DNA of 64,000 nucleotides from Vicingaceae bacterium (lineage in GTDB: Bacteria > Bacteroidota > Bacteroidia > Flavobacteriales_E > Vicingaceae), in NCBI GenBank assembly GCA_040218815.1, contig JAVJQS010000007.1, positions 25,557 to 89,556 of the forward strand, written 5' to 3'. The first letter of the stretch is position 1. Each line of letters starts with the position of its first letter. Positions 9,379-17,290 of this stretch are shown here, piece by piece. The position numbers and the translations under genes were made by a program. The notes beneath the pieces are model-generated. The model saw only the letters and a list, made by a program, of their open reading frames with translations, was not told where the DNA came from and did not search any database.

Positions 9379-10158
9379 ATGAATTATTTCTCCTCCAACC
9401 TAAAGTACCTAAGAAAACAAAAAGGCTTAAATCAAACTGACTTTGCTAGAAAAATTGGAACGAATCGTCCAAAGATAGGCTCTTACGAAGAAGGTCGAGC
9501 AGAGCCCAATTTAGAAACCCTGCAAAATGTTTCACATTTCTTTAAAGTAAAATTGGATGATCTAATAGAGAAAGACCTCAGCAAAGACAAACAAAAGAGC
9601 AATAAGGATTTCACCGGCAACGACTTGCGTATTCTTCCAATTGTAGTAAATGAAGAACAAGAGGAAAAAATTTCTTTAGTCCCCGTTAAAGCTGCAGCAG
9701 GTTATTTAAATGGCTATGCCGACTCCGAATTCATTGAACAACTTCCGAGCTTTAACTTACCCTTCACTCAACTCTCCCAGGGCACACACAGGGCATTTCA
9801 AATAAAAGGGGACAGCATGCTGCCCATACCCTCGGAGAGTTACATATTAACTGAGTACCTAGAGAATTGGAACTGGTTAAAAAGCGGTGAGTGTTATGTC
9901 ATCGTTTCTAAAAACGATGGTGTAGTTTATAAACGAGTAGTTAACCAGTTTGAAGAAAATCAAAGCTTAGAGCTACATTCTGACAACCCTAGCTATGAAA
10001 CCTATACCATTGAAGGACGAGAATTATTAGAAATTTGGCGAGCAGTGGGCTTTGTTTCGTTTGATTTGCCTAGTCCAATAGCTGCTGACCCTTCTATTGG
10101 TGAGTTAAAATCCATGATGCATGAGTTAAAAGCTGAAGTAGAGCGGCTTAAAAAATAA
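9379..10158 (+). CDS. XRE-family HTH plus S24 (LexA/CI-like) peptidase repressor
   Basis: The N-terminal HTH_3 region reads LRKQKGLNQTDFARKIGTNRPKIGSYEEGRAEP. The C-terminal S24 domain has the catalytic Ser context FQIKGDSMLP and a downstream VYKRV lysine region. Confidence 0.8.
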   Translation: MNYFSSNLKYLRKQKGLNQTDFARKIGTNRPKIGSYEEGRAEPNLETLQNVSHFFKVKLDDLIEKDLSKDKQKSNKDFTGNDLRILPIVVNEEQEEKISLVPVKAAAGYLNGYADSEFIEQLPSFNLPFTQLSQGTHRAFQIKGDSMLPIPSESYILTEYLENWNWLKSGECYVIVSKNDGVVYKRVVNQFEENQSLELHSDNPSYETYTIEGRELLEIWRAVGFVSFDLPSPIAADPSIGELKSMMHELKAEVERLKK

Positions 10159-10258
10159 TGTGGTAGTTAATTCTTATAATTTAAGTTGCTTTGACTTAAC
10201 TTAGCACTCCAAGGCCTCACAGCTATTTTAAAACTAAACCAATCCTGCCATAGAAGGT

Positions 10259-10897
10259 TTGATACAACCCATACTTTATCTCCATGTCTTTTCAGGTGGA
10301 ACTGCGCTGTTAGCTGGACTCATTGCTATTGCTACAAAAAAAGGAAGTAAGCAGCATATTACTAGTGGCAATATCTATTTCTGGAGCATGCTGTCTGTAA
10401 TTATTACCGGCTTGGTAGTTGGATTTTTTCGCAATAATATCTTCTTGCAAAGTATCGCCATTTTTAGTTTCTACATGGCATTTACCGGCAAAAGATTTTT
10501 AAGAAACAAGAAGGAAATCTCTCCTAAATCAATTGACTGGTTCGTAGGTGTTTTGTCTGCTTTGGTTGGCCTTAGCATGCTGGGGTTTGGAGTTTATTTT
10601 TTAATAAAAATTGGTTTTCGAAGTGCTGTCCCAATGTTGCTCGTTTTTGGTTTTCTGTTAAGCTGGATGACCTTAGAAGATTTAAAAAGATTGTATTATA
10701 AGCAATTTGTAAAGGGTGCTTGGCTATTAAAACACATTAGCAGAATGGGTGGCTCTTTTATTGCAACCTCAACTGCTTTTCTATTAGTAAATACTTCAGT
10801 AGAACCTGTATGGGTAATGTGGCTACTACCAACCTTTATTGGAACCCCAATGATCGTTATATCTATAAGATCATGGACTAAAAAATTAAAGCTATAG
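10259..10897 (+). CDS. Hypothetical integral membrane protein (about 6 TM)
   Basis: Hydrophobic segments run throughout and it has a TTG start. No motif was recognised. Confidence 0.5.
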   Translation: MIQPILYLHVFSGGTALLAGLIAIATKKGSKQHITSGNIYFWSMLSVIITGLVVGFFRNNIFLQSIAIFSFYMAFTGKRFLRNKKEISPKSIDWFVGVLSALVGLSMLGFGVYFLIKIGFRSAVPMLLVFGFLLSWMTLEDLKRLYYKQFVKGAWLLKHISRMGGSFIATSTAFLLVNTSVEPVWVMWLLPTFIGTPMIVISIRSWTKKLKL

Positions 10898-10952
10898 CGT
10901 TTCTCTTGATTCACATAGAAATGCATGTGTATTTTTACCAAAAAATTATTTG

Positions 10953-11369
10953 ATGTCCAACGAAAAATTTGATTCTAAAAAAGCACCCGAGCCAGTTGGT
11001 GCTTATCCTCATGCTAGACGAGTAGGCAATTTATTATTCCTTTCAGGTGTTGGCCCCAGAGAACGAGGCACAAAAAAAATCCCTGGAGTTGATTTAGATG
11101 CTGATGGTAATATTGTATCCTATGATATTGAAAAGCAATGCAATTCTGTTTTTAACAATGTAAAAACTATAGTAGAGGAATCGGGAGCCAAGTGGGAAAA
11201 TGTAGTTGATGTCACGGTATTTTTAACCAACATGAAGGATGACTTTAAAACCTATAACAGATTGTATGCCGAATTTTTTAAGGACAACCAGCCTTGCCGA
11301 ACTACTTTGGAGATTAAAAGCTTGCCCACCCCCATTGCCATTGAGTTGAAAGTGATTGCAGCAATTTAG
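10953..11369 (+). CDS. ridA: RidA/YjgF family reactive-intermediate deaminase
   Basis: The sequences APEPVGAYPHARRVGNLLFLSG and C-terminal PCRTTLEIKSLPTPIAIELKVIA are typical of YjgF/RidA. The ATG at 10953 is preferred over the TTG at 10950. Confidence 0.8.
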   Translation: MSNEKFDSKKAPEPVGAYPHARRVGNLLFLSGVGPRERGTKKIPGVDLDADGNIVSYDIEKQCNSVFNNVKTIVEESGAKWENVVDVTVFLTNMKDDFKTYNRLYAEFFKDNQPCRTTLEIKSLPTPIAIELKVIAAI

Positions 11370-11541
11370 ACACTAACTTACCCTTTCTAATGCTCGGTAT
11401 TACTCTTTTTATTGTGTTGTCTTTTTTGTAACTGCCAAGCAATTCTTTTCCGAGATGCCTGAGAATAATCTTGATACTGTGCTCGACAACCACTTGTTTT
11501 ATAATACGAGACCTCTTGAAACACTAAAACTTGTATATACT

Positions 11542-11572
11542 AAAAAGCCCCATTTGTATCAACAAATGGGGC
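11542..11572 (-). terminator. Rho-independent terminator of the large secreted protein gene
   Basis: On the minus strand, GCCCCATTTGT-TGAT-ACAAATGGGGC is followed by TTTTT (plus-strand AAAAA at 11542-11546). Confidence 0.75.
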
Positions 11573-11614
11573 TAATAGGTGTTGTTGGATTTTCCTATCT
11601 ACTTACTTCTATGG

Positions 11615-14600
11615 TTATTTAACCACAACTTTTGAAGTGATCCAACCTTTTTCTGTTTTAACTCTTAACAAGTAAACGCTTGGTTCCAAATCATTCACAT
11701 AAATTGGCTGCACTTGCTTAGCTTGTTGAATGTTTCTTAGCAGTCTTCCATTTAGATCATAAAGCTCAATGATTTCAACCTTATTGCTTTCAGTAGTTAC
11801 AAAAAATTCATCACTCGATGGATTTGGGTATACCAACAATTGAGTTGATTGTGTTGACAATTCGTTTATTGATGTTAGCGTATCATTTAATTGCCAAATT
11901 GAAATGGTTGAACTCTCTTCATTGGCAGCAACTAACATACTTCTATTTATTGGGCTATCTGATCTTGGGATAAACACCAGGCCTTCAGGAGCTTGATCTC
12001 CACTTCCATCAGCTGTGTCTCTTGGAATGTTGATGTCAACAAATACAGGAGAAGAAGGGTTTGAAATATCGTAAACCACAACACCACCTGTTCTTTCCAT
12101 GCCTATAAAAGCATAAGGTGTGCCATCTACCTCTCCAATAACAACAGCTTCTGGCTCAGGCCCTTTATCGTCACTTCTGTCTTTGGTTACAATATCATCA
12201 TCAGAAACGTTGAATAACTTATTGTACTCAGGGTGGTTTTTTACTATTTGCTCAAGATCATCTCCGCTATCGTAAACTAAAGCTCCAGTCGTACCATTCC
12301 AGATTGAGAAAGATCTAGCACCATAGGTATATACCTCATCATAATCTCCATCATTGTCAGTATCACCATTTGCAAGTGTGATCTTAATGTCGCCATAGGC
12401 TTCAAATAATGCTTTTGGATTAGGGAATACCGTTGGATCTAATGTCAAATCATCAAAACGATCCTCTTCACTATATCCATCATAATCTCTAGAATCACCT
12501 TCGTTTGCTGAAACAACATAATTTACGCCGCTTACTTCGTAACTAGCAATTGCATCAGGCATATAATAGCCTCTAAAGGGACCTTGTGCTATATGAATAT
12601 TAGCTGCATCACGATCAGTGTCAAAACCATTTCCAGCTATGGAATGATCCTTCCAGCCTAAAGGAACGATAGTCGAAATAGCATTTGTTGTTAAGTCTAC
12701 AACTACCAATGCATTGTTTTCTTGACAAATTACATATGCCGTTGCATTATCAGGTGAAATGGTTACATACTCAGGCTCCATATCTTGTGAAACAGAAGCG
12801 TTTGGACCAAATAATCGAACACCTGAAGCTCTCAATGAAGCTTCTTGGCTATCGTAAGCATTAAAATCCAATGTAGTAACATTTGAATTTGTTAAACCTG
12901 TGAAACCACCACTCACATCAATAATAGAAATACTACCTTCTGGATCCATGGTGTAATCATCACTTGGCTCTCCTTCATTGGCCACAACTACAGTATTTCC
13001 ATCAGGTGAAAAAGTTACCATATCAGGCAATACACCTACTGTAACATTACTCAAGGCTGTTCCACTAGTATCATAAAATGCAATCGTTCCATTCCCCATA
13101 GTTGTAGATGCTTCAATTGCACATGCAATAACTCCATTATAAACTGAAAGACTATTGATTGCTCCAAAACTTGAAACATCAATTGAATCTTTTCTCGTGA
13201 CATTACTTGGATCATTAAAATCTAAAATTTCAACTCGATCATTATCTGAATTTGTAACAAACATCAACTTTGATGCTACATCGTAATCTAAAATTTCAGT
13301 ACTTCCTGCATTAGCTAAACCAGTATAGCTAGTTACTAGATCTAATTCAATTGCCTTTGTAGCTGTAGGACCATTATTATCGTTATCTCTGATGAATGCT
13401 ACTTGGAATTGATTGGCTCCGTCTTCAACATAATAGTTAGTTGAATCTGTAATTATTTCAACTATTACAAGCTCATCATTTTCTACCAATGCATCATCAA
13501 CAATGCTTAGACTCAAGTTGAATGTTCCATTTGTATTTGCACGCGCAGTATCAATCAAAGAGCTTATTGTATAATCGCTTGCGTCCGCAGTACTAAATCC
13601 TAGAACTCTAAATGCAATTTCTTGATCAACTGATGTTTGGTTATCATAATTTACCTGCATGGTAATTGTTCCTGCATCTTCCAACACACTAACTCTTTCT
13701 TCATCAAACTCAACTGAAACACCAAAAATAGCATCAGCACGAGCTCCCAAGTTTTGGATTCGCATGTCATCCGAGATATCGGTATCCTCTTCATCATATG
13801 GGTTAGTAGAATAATTAGCTAACATGTATTCTGCAAGGGCATCCTGCTCTGAACCTGCGGGTGCAAAAGTTGAAGCTCCTGCTCCTAAAGTTGAAACGGT
13901 ATCTAAGTCAACCCTATTAGAACCTAAAGTATTGAAGGCATAACCATCACCTCCACCAGCTAAAAAGTTTAAGGTAACTACCTTAATAGTTCTACTTGCA
14001 GTTCCAAATACAGCTCCACCTTTAACTAAAGTATCAGTAGGGTTGCCATTTAAATCCATAATAACTGCGCTTTGAACTCTGCTTCCTGGAGCTTGGGTAG
14101 AATCAAATGAAAACTTTATTCCGCCAACTTGTGAAAATTGACCAGGAGTTTGACCAGGTGCAGAAGCTGCTACACCATGTTCTAAAATTGCTTTTAAATC
14201 AGTTGCAGTTAAATCCAAAACAGAAAGCCTATTGTTAAATCGTAAAGAGTTTTCTATATCTAATTGACTTACCTCTCCATCTTGCTTACCTGAAAGTGGA
14301 TTAGCCTGAGGAGGTAAAAACTCAAAATTTCCAGGACTTACCTCTTTTACTTCACCAATTGCAGCTCTAATTCCACCACCATTTTTGATGGAAACCTGAA
14401 CTGTAGAATCTACTTTTTGAGCCTCAGCTAAGTTTGCGTCTGCAGATAAATTACCAAGGTTTGTTTCTTCAGTTCTCACCGAAGCTCTTTCTCCATTTAA
14501 GTAAACATCTGATTTCCCTACGATATTTCCATCTTTAGTGATCACCACACTTTGAACAGCTTGGGAAAGTGAATCAACCAACGCAGCTTTGCCATTTGGA

Positions 14601-16387
14601 TTGGCAAATGCAGCAGCTGTGGTCCCCCAAGTGCTAGCTACCATCATAGAGTCAGCTGCATAAGGGCCACTAATGTTTGTGTCAATTGATGAAGGAATTA
14701 ATTTTCCTAAAGAGTCGAATTGCACTACTAAACGACCAACATAGCTATACTCTCCATCAGTGCTTACAATAGCTAATGTATCGCCATCTAAGTTTTGCTT
14801 GAAAACTGGGTAAGGCTTTACTGCTATATCTCCAGCATTTAATCTGTCGTTTGCATTTGCCAGAATAGCATCAGAACCACCGGCAATAATTACGTCAACT
14901 CCACTCAACATTGTAGCTAATTGCTCTTCTAATTGAATTTGCTGCAAGTGAGTCACTAAAATTATTTTATTAATCGAATGGTTATTAATTAATGAATCAA
15001 TCCAAGGCTGAATTTCAGCTGCTAATTGCATCATGTCGTTGGTTGTTGGGCCTTCAACAGTAACTTCTTCTGGAGAAGATATTGAACTCAACAATGGAGT
15101 TGTAGCTCCAACTACACCTATTTTTTCTCCACCTCTTGAAATATATGTAGCAGCGGCGATCTTATTTATTGATCCACTCCCTGAAGTCGATTCAGCTGGA
15201 CCTGATACAAACTCAACATTCTCCAAAACATTTTGCGAAAACAAGTTTCCTAAGTCCCCACTAGCGCTAAAATCTAAGTTGGAGCTTAAATAAGGAAACT
15301 GAGCTCCCGTCCATCTGTCACCAGTTGGTCCATTTGGAGATCTAAAATCTTCTTCAATTATTTGCTCAATAGCATCTAAACCTGCATCAAATTCGTGGTT
15401 CCCCATAGCAGAAGCATCAAAGCCTATGATGTTCATGATTGAAATAACTGCTCTACCTGGTGCCTCTCTTAAGCCATCATAAGTGGTTACTCCAAAGTGT
15501 CTGTTGTAAACATTATTAAAAACACCTCCATCTCTAAATACCGCTCGGTCTCCAGCTGCGTTAAAGAAAGGACCTGGAATGTAGTTATCCCCTGCTGAAA
15601 GAGTAATTGAATTAGCATATTCCCCTTCCAAAGTGTCAACAATTGCTGCAAAAAATTTTGCTCTGTCAATAGCTTCAACACCTCCCTCTAAATCAGAAGC
15701 ATGAAGAATTTGCAAAGTATATGGCCCAACTGATCCGGTAGAAGTGCCTGAAATTCTTACATTATCAAATGCAGCTTCTTCATCACCTGAATTTAAGTTT
15801 GCTACAATTCTTATATCTAAGGAATCACCTGTTCCAACTATTGGCCAAGAAAAATCCGTGAATGTTCCATTCAATCGTGTTCCATCTCCAAAGCCATCGT
15901 TATTGGTGTCTTCAGCAAATTGACCATTAAAGCCTGTAGCCGAAGTTGTTGACGAATCAGCTCTAAAACGTCCAATAACTACCCATCCTGAATTGTCAAT
16001 ATTTACTTCAACTGCAATTGAATCTCCTGCCTCATCAATATCAATGTCAGTTCCAGAAGCAAATTGTGCTGTAAATTGCAAGTTGCTTTGACCTGAGATA
16101 TCGATATTATCAAGGTAAATAATGCCAATTGATGAAGTTAAAACGCCATCGATATCCTCTGCGGCAATAAAAAAGTCACCATCATATCCAGTGTAAGCAA
16201 ATACTTCTTGAGCTGGGGCATTACTCGTATCAGCCCGGTCGAAGAAATCCTGCGTGCTTGTTCCGACACCATTGCCATTTGGAAAGGAGTAACCACTAGT
16301 TGTTTCAAAAGATTGAGTATAAAAGGTAGTTTGAGCTGTTGCTCCCAAACCTAGTAAACTCAATACAAGTGTGTAAATTTTTTTCAT
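11615..16387 (-). CDS. Giant T9SS-secreted multidomain phosphoesterase: 5'-nucleotidase/metallophosphatase, Calx-beta-like, choice-of-anchor-I-like beta-propeller, T9SS sorting tail
   Basis: It has a signal peptide. The metallophosphatase region reads LQILHASDLEGG...GDNYIPGPF...GNHEFD, followed by a 5'-nucleotidase C-domain. The C-terminus YPNPSSDEFFV...VYLLRVKTEKGWITSKVVVK is a type A Por secretion tail. Confidence 0.75.
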   Translation of the reverse strand: MKKIYTLVLSLLGLGATAQTTFYTQSFETTSGYSFPNGNGVGTSTQDFFDRADTSNAPAQEVFAYTGYDGDFFIAAEDIDGVLTSSIGIIYLDNIDISGQSNLQFTAQFASGTDIDIDEAGDSIAVEVNIDNSGWVVIGRFRADSSTTSATGFNGQFAEDTNNDGFGDGTRLNGTFTDFSWPIVGTGDSLDIRIVANLNSGDEEAAFDNVRISGTSTGSVGPYTLQILHASDLEGGVEAIDRAKFFAAIVDTLEGEYANSITLSAGDNYIPGPFFNAAGDRAVFRDGGVFNNVYNRHFGVTTYDGLREAPGRAVISIMNIIGFDASAMGNHEFDAGLDAIEQIIEEDFRSPNGPTGDRWTGAQFPYLSSNLDFSASGDLGNLFSQNVLENVEFVSGPAESTSGSGSINKIAAATYISRGGEKIGVVGATTPLLSSISSPEEVTVEGPTTNDMMQLAAEIQPWIDSLINNHSINKIILVTHLQQIQLEEQLATMLSGVDVIIAGGSDAILANANDRLNAGDIAVKPYPVFKQNLDGDTLAIVSTDGEYSYVGRLVVQFDSLGKLIPSSIDTNISGPYAADSMMVASTWGTTAAAFANPNGKAALVDSLSQAVQSVVITKDGNIVGKSDVYLNGERASVRTEETNLGNLSADANLAEAQKVDSTVQVSIKNGGGIRAAIGEVKEVSPGNFEFLPPQANPLSGKQDGEVSQLDIENSLRFNNRLSVLDLTATDLKAILEHGVAASAPGQTPGQFSQVGGIKFSFDSTQAPGSRVQSAVIMDLNGNPTDTLVKGGAVFGTASRTIKVVTLNFLAGGGDGYAFNTLGSNRVDLDTVSTLGAGASTFAPAGSEQDALAEYMLANYSTNPYDEEDTDISDDMRIQNLGARADAIFGVSVEFDEERVSVLEDAGTITMQVNYDNQTSVDQEIAFRVLGFSTADASDYTISSLIDTARANTNGTFNLSLSIVDDALVENDELVIVEIITDSTNYYVEDGANQFQVAFIRDNDNNGPTATKAIELDLVTSYTGLANAGSTEILDYDVASKLMFVTNSDNDRVEILDFNDPSNVTRKDSIDVSSFGAINSLSVYNGVIACAIEASTTMGNGTIAFYDTSGTALSNVTVGVLPDMVTFSPDGNTVVVANEGEPSDDYTMDPEGSISIIDVSGGFTGLTNSNVTTLDFNAYDSQEASLRASGVRLFGPNASVSQDMEPEYVTISPDNATAYVICQENNALVVVDLTTNAISTIVPLGWKDHSIAGNGFDTDRDAANIHIAQGPFRGYYMPDAIASYEVSGVNYVVSANEGDSRDYDGYSEEDRFDDLTLDPTVFPNPKALFEAYGDIKITLANGDTDNDGDYDEVYTYGARSFSIWNGTTGALVYDSGDDLEQIVKNHPEYNKLFNVSDDDIVTKDRSDDKGPEPEAVVIGEVDGTPYAFIGMERTGGVVVYDISNPSSPVFVDINIPRDTADGSGDQAPEGLVFIPRSDSPINRSMLVAANEESSTISIWQLNDTLTSINELSTQSTQLLVYPNPSSDEFFVTTESNKVEIIELYDLNGRLLRNIQQAKQVQPIYVNDLEPSVYLLRVKTEKGWITSKVVVK

Positions 16388-16528
16388 AAGATTAGTTTTG
16401 ATTATTTGTCTTCAAATTAGGAGGCTAAAGTATTGGGTAACAGTTAATTTTAGCCTTCTACTATCTTATGATATGATTAAGAGTTGTTTAGAAAATGGTT
16501 AATGATTGATTAATTTAAGGTATACCAA

Positions 16529-17236
16529 TTAATCAATAAGGTCTGCTTGAGTTGCCAATCCATGCACGTCCAATAATTTGATGCGTTTGCCTTTCAGGTC
16601 TATGAGTTTTTCCTTTTTCAATTCGCTCAAGAGTCGAATTACAGCTTCGGTGGCAGTGCCTACTAAGCCAGCAATTTCCTCACGACTTAAGCTTACATCA
16701 ATGCAGTCCGCTTCATCTAAACCAAACGTTTCTTTGAGCCACAAGAGCATTTCAGCCAAGCGCTGCTTACTGGTTTTTTGCGCCATATCAGTAATCAAAC
16801 GCGAAGCATTGTTCCACTGCTTGGCTGTTAACTCCAGCAGCCTAAGGCTAAAATTAGGCTCTTCTTTTAACAAGCCAAAAAATTGCTTAGAAGGAATAAA
16901 ACAAACCGCGGCATCTTCCAACACAGTTGCTGTTGAGCCAAATGGCTTCCTACTCAACATCGAGTTGTAACCCAATACATCGCCTTGGGTGGCAAATCGA
17001 ATGATTTGTTCCTTTCCTGAGGTTCCTAATTTGCTCATTTTAATTTTTCCTCGATTTACACAGTACAAGCCACGAGAATAGGCTCCTTCTTTAAAAATTG
17101 CTTCCCCTTTTTTGTAGAAATCACAGCCTTTGTGTTCATCTAATTCTATCAACTGATTAGAATTAAGGCTGCAAAAAATTGACTTGTGGCGAGCACCACA
17201 TTCATTACAAGAAGGCGTTTTTAAAGGCTTGCTCAT
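16529..17236 (-). CDS. fnr: Crp/Fnr-family transcription factor, FNR-like (N-terminal Cys cluster)
   Basis: It has a cNMP-binding fold and a C-terminal HTH (SREEIAGLVGTATEAVIRLLSEL), in which the E..(I)R residues match the FNR recognition helix E--SR. The N-terminal CNECGARHKSIFC cluster suggests an Fe-S sensor. It is adjacent to cco genes. Confidence 0.75.
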   Translation of the reverse strand: MSKPLKTPSCNECGARHKSIFCSLNSNQLIELDEHKGCDFYKKGEAIFKEGAYSRGLYCVNRGKIKMSKLGTSGKEQIIRFATQGDVLGYNSMLSRKPFGSTATVLEDAAVCFIPSKQFFGLLKEEPNFSLRLLELTAKQWNNASRLITDMAQKTSKQRLAEMLLWLKETFGLDEADCIDVSLSREEIAGLVGTATEAVIRLLSELKKEKLIDLKGKRIKLLDVHGLATQADLID

Positions 17237-17239
17237 TAT

Positions 17240-17253
17240 ATGACAAATATCAT
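17240..17253. promoter_or_regulatory. FNR/CRP-type box ATGACAAATATCAT in the fnr/ccoI divergent promoter
   Basis: This is a TGAC-N4-ATCA near-palindrome. The same ATGAY-N4-ATCAT pattern recurs at 21538 and 22309. Confidence 0.5.
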
Positions 17254-17290
17254 AGTTTGGGCCTTAAATTTAAAGAAATTTTGCTCCAAC

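Noticed and set aside
8548-10158. Prophage remnant or defence island interpretation of the hypothetical, DUF1883-like and XRE/S24 genes
   Set aside because: There is no integrase, recombinase, tRNA attachment site, phage structural gene or flanking direct repeat. Only the repressor-effector idea is kept, as a low-confidence finding.
11455-11622. 55-aa plus-strand ORF (MPENNLDTVLDNH...) in the ridA/giant-protein intergenic region
   Set aside because: It runs straight through the strong terminator hairpin at 11547-11572 and overlaps the end of the convergent gene, so it is probably fortuitous.
17240-17290. The ATG at 17240 as the ccoI start (ORF track)
   Set aside because: This ATG lies 4 bp from the divergent fnr start and inside the ATGACAAATATCAT box. 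The extra residues (MTNIIVWALNLKKFCSN) have no counterpart in CcoI-type ATPases as far as I recall, so the ATG at 17291 is preferred.
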